A DNA stretch of 44,017 nucleotides, from IMG/VR virus record IMGVR_UViG_3300040985_001292, positions 1 to 44,017 of that record, one strand, 5' to 3'. The first letter of the stretch is position 1. Each line of letters begins with the position of its first letter. Both the position numbers and the translations under genes were made by a program. Shown here in pieces: positions 36,522-44,017 of the stretch. This DNA is from a virus (Duplodnaviria > Caudoviricetes). The notes beneath the pieces are model-generated. The model was not told the origin of the DNA. It did no database searches and saw only the letters and a list, made by a program, of their open reading frames with translations.

Positions 36522-36884
36522 ATGAACAGGCGCTCATTCATGTCAACAATCGGTGGAGTTTTCGGTATTACAGCACTCGCTACTGAATCAAATGAAGGAA
36601 TATCAACACCAGTTGAACAATATACTGGGCCGTTTTGTGTTGAAGTATACTCACCTAACAAACATAAAGACAGGTCATTACCCATTTTTGATAATATAAG
36701 ACAGGCTCGTAATATGGCTCTTGCTCGTATGAGTATCATTCGGAAAGATATGGATAACCCTGCCCGTGTCGGTAAAATTCTGATTACCAAGCCGAATGGA
36801 ACAGTGGCAGAGTGTATGACGTGGGGTATTGGATGGTCACAGACTATTTGTTATGTTAATTGTGATGATGTAACTTATACATAA
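36522..36884 (+). CDS. Hypothetical protein with Tat-like signal peptide
   Basis: MNRRSFMSTIGGVFGITALA; AATAAATA 5 nt upstream. Confidence 0.72.
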   Translation: MNRRSFMSTIGGVFGITALATESNEGISTPVEQYTGPFCVEVYSPNKHKDRSLPIFDNIRQARNMALARMSIIRKDMDNPARVGKILITKPNGTVAECMTWGIGWSQTICYVNCDDVTYT

Positions 36885-37041
36885 CACTGCCCTCAATACC
36901 ATGTTCTTGTAGATAATCCGAACACTCTGTGGAACTTTCAAATCGAAGCGGTGTTACTTCTACTGGGCACAGAAAAGGTCCAGTCATCTCATCATCAGTA
37001 TACAGATGTTTAGTTTCAAGACTGTACCAATACTCCTTCAT
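36856..37041 (-). CDS. Small hypothetical protein
   Basis: 61-aa ORF with TATAAATA 8 nt upstream. Confidence 0.55.
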   Translation of the reverse strand: MKEYWYSLETKHLYTDDEMTGPFLCPVEVTPLRFESSTECSDYLQEHGIEGSVMYKLHHHN

Positions 37042-37047
37042 CGTAAG

Positions 37048-37065
37048 ATTATTTATATAAATAAT
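37048..37065. promoter_or_regulatory. Palindromic bidirectional late promoter
   Basis: ATTATTTATATAAATAAT is a perfect 18-bp palindrome with TATAAATA on both strands. Confidence 0.75.
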
Positions 37066-37068
37066 AAT

Positions 37069-37707
37069 ATGGCGATACTGGTTACAAATATACCACCGAT
37101 AGAATGCTTAATCCGTAAGGAGTTCTTATATGACCATCAATCTGGTCATGGAGACTATTTAGATTGCTTTTGGGTCACTGCTAAATCTATACCGTCCAGG
37201 GCGCTGTATATAGAAAGTTATATACAAGAGTACGGTGCATTATACGATAAGCTTCCCATATCAGCCTTTACTTGGAAGGAGGTAAAAGATCCTCTTCCTT
37301 TAGGTCATCTTCAAATGTGGGACTGCTTATCATATAACATAGAAATGATATCGAAGACCTTTCTTAAGGACAGGAACTGCAAGGTATTGTTACCTAATAA
37401 AACTCTAATAGATGGACAGTATATGTTTACTTTAGACACATACGGTCAGCACACAATGGCTGAGACACCTAACGAACATAAATCGTATAATTTTATTAAA
37501 CTGTATAACGGTCAGTTCTGTTGTTACCCTAATAATAGAATACAGTTCTTTGATAAGTCATACACACCAGCTAATCCAGAGCGTCCTGACTTTAAGACAT
37601 CTACCAAGTATTATTTTGCAGAAGACGAAGACCGAGTATCATACTCAGATGCTACTGAATTCATGTATACTGATAGTGAGGATGGTAAGATAGAAGATGG
37701 TAGGTAA
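37069..37707 (+). CDS. Conserved-looking phage hypothetical protein; start moved to ATG 37069
   Basis: MAILVTNIPP...EFLYD, YDKLPISAF, QMWDC, YPNNR; promoter 5 nt upstream. Confidence 0.78.
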   Translation: MAILVTNIPPIECLIRKEFLYDHQSGHGDYLDCFWVTAKSIPSRALYIESYIQEYGALYDKLPISAFTWKEVKDPLPLGHLQMWDCLSYNIEMISKTFLKDRNCKVLLPNKTLIDGQYMFTLDTYGQHTMAETPNEHKSYNFIKLYNGQFCCYPNNRIQFFDKSYTPANPERPDFKTSTKYYFAEDEDRVSYSDATEFMYTDSEDGKIEDGR

Positions 37708-37774
37708 GCTGGGACTCGAACCCAGAACCCTCGGTTTAGAAAACCGATGCTCTGTCCAATTGAGCTACTCACCC
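37698..37774 (-). tRNA. tRNA-Arg(UCU), CCA encoded
   Basis: Reverse complement folds as cloverleaf; anticodon arm TCGGT-TTTCTAA-ACCGA; GTTCGAGTCC T-loop. Confidence 0.93.
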
Positions 37775-37775
37775 A

Positions 37776-37851
37776 TGGTACGGACAGAGGGACTCGAACC
37801 CCCGACAGCCTCGGTGTAAACGAGGTGCTCTACCAACTGAGCTATATCCGC
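37776..37851 (-). tRNA. tRNA-Val(UAC), CCA encoded
   Basis: Anticodon arm CCTCG-TTTACAC-CGAGG; AGCTCAGTTGGTAGAGC D-arm; GTTCGAGTCC T-loop. Confidence 0.93.
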
Positions 37852-37852
37852 A

Positions 37853-38218
37853 TTAATACTTCCCCTTACCGGGAAAAATATTTCGAACACCACCTGTAGG
37901 GTCATAAGCGGTGCCATTCTCAAATCGGCCCAAATCACCTTCTCTTCTTGGTATAAAATGTATATGAGGGTACATTACCGTCTGGCCTGCGTGCTTACCC
38001 ATATTCATACCAACGTTATACCCATCACAAAATCCCTCCTCAACTAGAGCCTGGCCTTGCTTATATGCACCTTCAAAGCATTTAGCTATATGTTCTTTTA
38101 GATCCTCTTTAGGTATAAAGAGTAAATGACCTTCAGTGACAGGATACTTGTCTGCATATACATGGTAATGATTTGTTTCGCCAATTGGCTTAGACCAGGG
38201 ATAATTCTTTTTCTTCAT
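37853..38218 (-). CDS. HIT family nucleotide hydrolase
   Basis: DKYPVTEGHLLFIPK, GYNVGMN...AGQTV, YPHIHFIPR. Confidence 0.9.
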   Translation of the reverse strand: MKKKNYPWSKPIGETNHYHVYADKYPVTEGHLLFIPKEDLKEHIAKCFEGAYKQGQALVEEGFCDGYNVGMNMGKHAGQTVMYPHIHFIPRREGDLGRFENGTAYDPTGGVRNIFPGKGKY

Positions 38219-39023
38219 ACCTACCTACGATGTGTTTAAACATCTTAGTGTTATACAGCACGTCATCAAGTGTATCTTCATCTACATCCGCTTTAATTAA
38301 GTCACATAGCATCGTGGATGGCTTCGATCGCAATCCTAGGTCGCTGTTGTACTTCAAACCTTTGAGCGCAGCCACGATAGGGTTACTCGTATCACAACTT
38401 CGAATATTAGTGATATCTTTATCCACATAATATCGAAATTCCTTCGCTAAACTACAACCTAATAGATGGTGAGGTTTATTCCAATTCCAGATTCCTTCGT
38501 CAATTAAGTGCTGAATGAATCTCTGTCTACCTGTGCACCATTTCTCGAGCTTTCCTGTACCAACACCAGTAGTTAGGTAATATGAATAGTCGAAGCTAAT
38601 GGCGATATAGTCGGCTCGATCAGACATAAAACGGTAACACTCAACTAACTCTTGCCATGTCTTGCCTTGAACTACACCAATTTTAAGAGATGTATTATCT
38701 ACTGGCTCAAAAACATCGGTCCAATTACGCCACTGCTCCATAGTACCTTCTGCATCTTCTAATACGTCAGGTACAATATAATAGTTCGGGTTAATCTTTG
38801 TAAGCCAATGTGCATACTTTTCTGGATCGAATGATTCACCGAGCTCGAAAATACTATTATCTAAGAGTACATCAGCTCCGAATCTCTTATTTACATTCAT
38901 AAACCAATCACGGTACTCATCGTTCTCTTCCATTAAATGAACCAGGCAATACTGATAGTCATTATAGCCTAGCGACTCTCTAAACAGCTGAATTGGTGAT
39001 TCATGGGATACTAATAACTTCAT
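38190..39023 (-). CDS. dpdA: TGT/DpdA-like protein (probably DpdA3-type)
   Basis: LLDNSIFE, VPDV, GVVQG, HHLLG, SCDTS motifs in TGT-like order; queF nearby. Confidence 0.65.
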   Translation of the reverse strand: MKLLVSHESPIQLFRESLGYNDYQYCLVHLMEENDEYRDWFMNVNKRFGADVLLDNSIFELGESFDPEKYAHWLTKINPNYYIVPDVLEDAEGTMEQWRNWTDVFEPVDNTSLKIGVVQGKTWQELVECYRFMSDRADYIAISFDYSYYLTTGVGTGKLEKWCTGRQRFIQHLIDEGIWNWNKPHHLLGCSLAKEFRYYVDKDITNIRSCDTSNPIVAALKGLKYNSDLGLRSKPSTMLCDLIKADVDEDTLDDVLYNTKMFKHIVGRYEEKELSLV

Positions 39024-39029
39024 ACATAT

Positions 39030-39058
39030 ATTCTATCATATACACATAGGAATGTCAA
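39030..39058 (-). promoter_or_regulatory. Sigma70-like promoter with extended -10
   Basis: TTGACA-17 nt-TAGAAT (TGn preceding), 6 nt before ATG 39023. Confidence 0.78.
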
Positions 39059-39094
39059 GCTGCAATATGCACTTTTAATGATAAATATTAGTAT

Positions 39095-40195
39095 ATGAGC
39101 GCTACATTGTCATTACCGGCTGGGCAAGCCGCACAAGCTGATGCACAAACGGCGTCCGGAAACGGTGTGTTTAAGTCTATCGGTGGCGCGGTTGGAAATA
39201 CTATCAGTGAAGTAGGTGACGATATATCCAGCTCTTATCAAGGGATTAAAGATAGTGTAGGTAGCAGATTGTCTAATACGCCTAGTAATATAGCCAATAC
39301 TCCGCTAGCACCTGGTACAAATACAGCTGATGTGGCTGCGCAAGCAACGGATAAAGATGCAGACAGCTTTACACAGTCAATCGAAAACATAACCGGTGTT
39401 AAGACAAGTAGATTGTTCCCGTCAGACGTCATACCTTCGGCGGATAGCCTCCAAGTAACGCTTGAGGATTTTCTCGGTACATTAAAGAGACAGGTAGCTG
39501 CTGAGTTAAAGCATTGTGTTGAGAGGTACCTGGCATATCTCAGAAATAAATATGAGATATTAGACATACTATTAGACCTCGAGGGGTATATACAGCGACA
39601 GATTGCAGCTGTTAGACTCAAATTTCAACGAAAAATCCGAGCAGAGTTAGAAAAGCTCGTTAATCAAAAATTAAAGATGTATCAGATTGCGCTAATAAGG
39701 CAAAAGATATTAGGTGCTATTAGAAAACTGTGCCCGAAGATTCCAAGTAAAGGTACTCATTCCCCGACTTGGGTTAGAAGGCTCCAATCTGACCCGACGT
39801 GGCGAGTTGTTGACGGTGAGACTCCGCTATACGTAGCTGCAGGAAGTGCACCTGACATATCTGCAGCTTTTGATGATCCGAATAACGCAGGATCAGTGTT
39901 TGAGAATATGATTGATACAGTAATGGAACAGGCTATTAGTGACGTGCAATCTCAATTGAATGGATTTAATAATAGCGGCCCTGGTGATTTCATCGACGTA
40001 GAGTCAACGACTGACCCGGATGGGTCAAAGTATAGTGTACCCACAAAACAAGACACAATTATAGAGCTAGTAACTAAATTCTCTGCACAAGGTCTACATG
40101 TAGATGATATAATCGAACGAATTGTAGAGGAAATGGGCGAGGAGTGTAGAGCTGATATAACGAGTATTGTTAATGAGGTATGTCATGAAGAATAA
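39095..40195 (+). CDS. Hypothetical, probably baseplate-associated protein
   Basis: 366-aa ORF, GATAAATA 7 nt upstream, overlaps gp5-like gene. Confidence 0.7.
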   Translation: MSATLSLPAGQAAQADAQTASGNGVFKSIGGAVGNTISEVGDDISSSYQGIKDSVGSRLSNTPSNIANTPLAPGTNTADVAAQATDKDADSFTQSIENITGVKTSRLFPSDVIPSADSLQVTLEDFLGTLKRQVAAELKHCVERYLAYLRNKYEILDILLDLEGYIQRQIAAVRLKFQRKIRAELEKLVNQKLKMYQIALIRQKILGAIRKLCPKIPSKGTHSPTWVRRLQSDPTWRVVDGETPLYVAAGSAPDISAAFDDPNNAGSVFENMIDTVMEQAISDVQSQLNGFNNSGPGDFIDVESTTDPDGSKYSVPTKQDTIIELVTKFSAQGLHVDDIIERIVEEMGEECRADITSIVNEVCHEE

Positions 40196-42674
40196 CCAAT
40201 CAAGAAAGAGCAACGTACATCCTAGCGCGTCGTCGAGAAGGAATCAGAAGAAACGTTACGATGGCAATTACTTAGGTATAGTTGTACAGAATAATGACCC
40301 TGAGCAGCGCGGCAGAGTTAAGGTATATATACCTCACATTAATGCTCAGATATATGATAACTGGGACAATCTACAATACAAAAAAGATGGTGCTGGTATT
40401 AGGTTTAAGGATAAAAAATTTAAATCGATAGGTAGGAATGTCGCTCCTGAGATGGCTAATGTCATTGATGACGTAAAGGTTAAGTTACCTTGGGCGGAAT
40501 GTGCGGCGCCGTTAATGGGTGAATCAGCAAGCGGTAGATATAATGCCCATTCTTCGGTAAGTACGATATCAGACTCAGCTAGGCTTGATACAATCATGCC
40601 AGTAGAGAAGGATACCGATCAATACACTGATGTCAATACCAAATATAAATTAAACGATGAAGGCTTAGGTGAAAGTCCTGGTTATAGATACGAGGTTGCA
40701 ACTCCACCTGTAGACGGGTTTACGAGTGCTTTGTCTGGTTGTGGATCACCAGTGAATGTGAATAAATTCTCGTCACAGTATAAGCCATCAACATACAGTA
40801 ATAAGAGCAAGGGTGTATTTTCGGTTCCTAATGTTGGTACTCATGTATGGGTATGGCATGAAAATGGCAATCCCATGAAGCCTGTTTATTTTGCTGTGTC
40901 TCACGGTCGTGAAGATTGGCAAGGGATACATGAATGCTCTAAGGATGATGCACACGGTATAGACATGCCTGGTGCGTATGAAAATAAATCTAAAAAAGAC
41001 GATCCTAGTTACAATCACAACACTGAGACATATCGAAACAAATTCGTCTTTAACCAGAAAGGTGGTGCTATAGAAATATGTAGTACCGATAATCGTGAGC
41101 TGTTAAAGATGACTCACTACTCAGGCTCATTTAAGGAATTTAATAACCATACAACAACTGAATTTGCTGCAAACAATGATCAGAAATTAGTTAATGATGA
41201 TATGTTTCTAACTGTTAATGGTTCAAGAAATGAACTGGTAGGAGAAGAGTATGATTTAATTATCAGGGGAGACCATTACAGAAAAGTAGGTACATTTAAT
41301 ATAGACAAATTCTTAGAATGGAAAGCGCTGGTCCAGGATTTTGCTAATATTAAGCAGCTTTTTGAAGTTAAGAGGTGTAATTATACAGAGACAGAAATTG
41401 GCGATTTTCAGTTTCAGTCACCAGGTGAGACGCGTGATGGTAGTTTTGCGGAATGCCCACTATGTACACACTCAGACAGGACGGTTCATATGTGGGATAT
41501 AGATAATACAGGGTTAACCACTCTGGCAATGCCTACTATTAACAGCTCAAATAGCTCGGTATATGGTTCTTATGTGAACCCTGATGGTGATCACCCGATA
41601 GGTACATTTAACTGGAACCTACCTGATGGTAATAAGGATAAACTCTTACAATTTGGTGTATGTCCTTTATGTCAAGGTACTGGCAAGAGCCCATCATCTA
41701 TGGGAGGCACTTGGACTAATAGAGATAAAGACAATTTAATATGGGAAAAATCTAAGCTACTATCTGATGCACTGGTACCGATTGAGCGCGAGCTAGGATT
41801 AGGGGGCAGTGAAATACTACACGTAACAAAACATAAGATAGAGACTATTGGATTGTTGATGAACGATTTTCCATGTTTACGTATTGATCCAGCCGGTAAA
41901 TTAGAAAATAGTCATATAATAATTAGACCTGGAGGTGTAATTACTGCACCGAGTGTGGTACCGCTTATCGAAGAGGTGCATGTTGATGATCTACCAGGTG
42001 GTAGTTACACGCTAAATGTTTGTAATAGATACAACGTCCAAGTTGGTGCAGGCGGCGTTAGCATGAAGACTATAGGTAATGTCGAGATAGGCGGAGCGAT
42101 GATGACGATCGCTGGTGAGCAGGTGAACGTGGTATCAGAGAACGAAATTAATATCAATAGTAAGCGTGTCAGTATTGTAGCGGATATTTTATCACTACGG
42201 CAAAAGAACTACGAGCAAGTATTGGTTGATAGCAGCTTAGGCGTATCGAACAATTTAATTGTTGGTGGAGGTGCTCACATTGAAGGTGAACTGACAGTTA
42301 ATCATATTACTGCACCAGAAGAGATTCAAGAGACAGAGCAAACTGATTTATATGCTTACTTGTTATCAGGGCTATCTTTCACTGCTACCTTAAATGGATT
42401 TGCTGATAGCGCAGGTCATGCAATTAACGGTACTACAGGAACGGTAACACTTAATGCGAACAGTAATGACGATAAGGTTCAGTGCTATAATCACAGCCAC
42501 CAATTCAAGAACGTCCCGCTGCACTTAATGAAGACTAGTGACGATGTCAGAACAATTGGCATGAACTGTACCACTACAAATACTATAAGTGCATCTAGAG
42601 AAAAGATACCTGCTAGTCCTGTTGAGCATATGAATAAGGGTGGTGGACTGACTCAGCTAGGTGAGACTACATAA
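40185..42674 (+). CDS. gp5: Baseplate hub/spike protein (T4 gp5/VgrG-like)
   Basis: YLGIVVQNNDPEQRGRVKV and VPNVGTHVWV..ENGNP..PVY OB-fold motifs; beta-helix-like repeats; ATG 40185 preceded by GAGG. Confidence 0.8.
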   Translation: MKNNQSRKSNVHPSASSRRNQKKRYDGNYLGIVVQNNDPEQRGRVKVYIPHINAQIYDNWDNLQYKKDGAGIRFKDKKFKSIGRNVAPEMANVIDDVKVKLPWAECAAPLMGESASGRYNAHSSVSTISDSARLDTIMPVEKDTDQYTDVNTKYKLNDEGLGESPGYRYEVATPPVDGFTSALSGCGSPVNVNKFSSQYKPSTYSNKSKGVFSVPNVGTHVWVWHENGNPMKPVYFAVSHGREDWQGIHECSKDDAHGIDMPGAYENKSKKDDPSYNHNTETYRNKFVFNQKGGAIEICSTDNRELLKMTHYSGSFKEFNNHTTTEFAANNDQKLVNDDMFLTVNGSRNELVGEEYDLIIRGDHYRKVGTFNIDKFLEWKALVQDFANIKQLFEVKRCNYTETEIGDFQFQSPGETRDGSFAECPLCTHSDRTVHMWDIDNTGLTTLAMPTINSSNSSVYGSYVNPDGDHPIGTFNWNLPDGNKDKLLQFGVCPLCQGTGKSPSSMGGTWTNRDKDNLIWEKSKLLSDALVPIERELGLGGSEILHVTKHKIETIGLLMNDFPCLRIDPAGKLENSHIIIRPGGVITAPSVVPLIEEVHVDDLPGGSYTLNVCNRYNVQVGAGGVSMKTIGNVEIGGAMMTIAGEQVNVVSENEININSKRVSIVADILSLRQKNYEQVLVDSSLGVSNNLIVGGGAHIEGELTVNHITAPEEIQETEQTDLYAYLLSGLSFTATLNGFADSAGHAINGTTGTVTLNANSNDDKVQCYNHSHQFKNVPLHLMKTSDDVRTIGMNCTTTNTISASREKIPASPVEHMNKGGGLTQLGETT

Positions 42675-43092
42675 TAACTTGGTCTACCACGATACCTGCT
42701 CTCTCCAGTAATTCAACACCACCAGTTGATCGATAGCTCTCGCTATACACAGCTCGGGTGATACCGGCTTGAATCATTAACTTAGAACAATCAAAGCAAG
42801 GGCACAGAGTTATATAGATTGTTGCCCCGTCGCTGCTCTGATTGCTTTTAGCTAATTTGGAAATTGCATTTGTTTCAGCGTGTAACACTTCAGGCTTTGT
42901 CTCATATCCAAACCTGGTCTCAAACTCACAATCATTGTCAAACCCGTGAGGTGTACCATTATATCCATCACTAATTATTTGGCCATTCCGTACAATTAGA
43001 CAACCTACCTGCTTTCTTCGAGCCTTAGATAAGGATCCCCAAGTATCGGCCATTCTTAGGTAAGTTTTATCTAGTTGATCTTGTGCTGGCAT
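42667..43092 (-). CDS. cd: dCMP deaminase
   Basis: QVGCLIV, GYNGTP, HAETNAI, PCFDC. Confidence 0.93.
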   Translation of the reverse strand: MPAQDQLDKTYLRMADTWGSLSKARRKQVGCLIVRNGQIISDGYNGTPHGFDNDCEFETRFGYETKPEVLHAETNAISKLAKSNQSSDGATIYITLCPCFDCSKLMIQAGITRAVYSESYRSTGGVELLERAGIVVDQVIM

Positions 43093-43136
43093 GTTAGTTT
43101 CTTGCGTCGTATACGCGCTCTCTCCATGTTTAACTA

Positions 43137-44017
43137 CTAGAAGTTAAACTCATCAACGTCCATGGTTTTCATGTCTTGCTCGAACGATCCGATCTTATAC
43201 GATTCTATCTCAGTTTCTTGTGGAGCGTTCTGTACTCGCTTACTTTCTGTCCAATTCTGTATCCAGTTAATCGGGTTAGGAGTATCGGGAAATATAGGCT
43301 TTAAGCCAATAGCCTTCATCCGCTTATTAGTCAGATGTTGCATATACTGAATTAGGATCTTTTCATTCAATCCTAAGATAGAGCCGTCCTTGAACAGATA
43401 TGCGGCCCATTCCATCTCTTCCATAGCAGCATCTTCAAACATCTTACTAACTGTCTCCTCACATTCTTTAATGATAGGTTGAAACCCTTCATCTTTATTA
43501 TCTCTGAGATACTTCAGAACGTTTTGAGTAAACGCTAGATGTAAGTTTTCATCTCTGTTGATAAGGGATATAATTTTTGCATTACCTTCCATCTTCTTAT
43601 TTTGCGCCATTGCGTAGGAGCATGCAAATGAAACATAGAATCTGATACCCTCTAGAATGTTTATACTCACAAGGGTTAGATACAACTTTTTCTTCTTACT
43701 ATTAATATCCTTATCGTCAATCGAGTTAATAAGATCATCGTAATACTTCGTAACAGAAGATGTCCTCTTTAGAACTTCCTTATCTGTTAGTATTTGGTCA
43801 AAGATGTCTGACGGGTTTGCGTAGACGTTCTTGATGATATAGGTATAGGAATAGGAGTGTATGGTCTCAAAAAACTCCCAGGCTTTGCAATACGCTTCAA
43901 ACTCCGGATTAGAGCAGTCGTTAAGTAAGTGACCAATCCCTCTACCTTGGACTGAATCGAGTAGAATTTGGTACGATAAGTTTTTCGTAAAAATGAACTT
44001 TTCATGATCTGTTAATG
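43137..44017 (-). CDS. nrdB: Class Ia ribonucleotide reductase beta subunit (5' end outside window)
   Basis: Frame open to window edge: QILLDSVQGR, ETIHSYSY, LEGIRFYVSF, RDENLH, APQETE. Confidence 0.96.
   Translation of the reverse strand, partial: LTDHEKFIFTKNLSYQILLDSVQGRGIGHLLNDCSNPEFEAYCKAWEFFETIHSYSYTYIIKNVYANPSDIFDQILTDKEVLKRTSSVTKYYDDLINSIDDKDINSKKKKLYLTLVSINILEGIRFYVSFACSYAMAQNKKMEGNAKIISLINRDENLHLAFTQNVLKYLRDNKDEGFQPIIKECEETVSKMFEDAAMEEMEWAAYLFKDGSILGLNEKILIQYMQHLTNKRMKAIGLKPIFPDTPNPINWIQNWTESKRVQNAPQETEIESYKIGSFEQDMKTMDVDEFNF

Noticed and set aside
37698-37851. tRNAs as prophage att site or host boundary
   Set aside because: Phage genes and phage-type promoters lie on both sides; no integrase or duplicated tRNA end
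43137-44005. nrdB as truncated or split gene (track ORFs 43137..43685 and 43787..44005)
   Set aside because: The nrdB frame is open to the window edge; 43787..44005 is an alternative-frame artefact
1-44017. Stop-codon reassignment
   Set aside because: Conserved genes are full length in code 11, and TAA, TAG and TGA all end genes

Overview
A 44-kb segment of a large T4-like myovirus genome, AT-rich and in the standard genetic code. It carries a T4-type neck/head block (gp13, gp4, gp21, a small core-like ORF, gp22, gp23), a gp5-like baseplate spike, nrdB (cut by the window end) and dCMP deaminase. A ~16-kb fibre cluster includes a 2834-aa Trp-repeat protein and LamG-domain proteins, followed by a glycosyltransferase-sulfotransferase fusion. 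There are two tRNAs. The best candidate for an undescribed system is a 7-deazaguanine DNA-modification locus. One overlapping minus-strand operon encodes a PurN-like formyltransferase (DpdN-like), an ornithine cyclodeaminase/archaeal alanine dehydrogenase-family enzyme, DUF1599/Nmad1, a P-loop kinase, QueF and a GT2 glycosyltransferase. A second unit encodes a TGT/DpdA-like protein, a HIT hydrolase and the tRNAs. The OCD-family and GT genes are not part of any preQ1/fdPreQ1 pathway I know, and suggest a further-modified base. Other notable points are a DUF1501 gene (hinting at a Planctomycetota/Verrucomicrobiota host), Tat-signal proteins plus signal peptidase I, an unlisted metallothionein-like lipoprotein, and promoters placed so that most transcripts would be leaderless. 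All calls come from motif recognition by eye; no searches were run.
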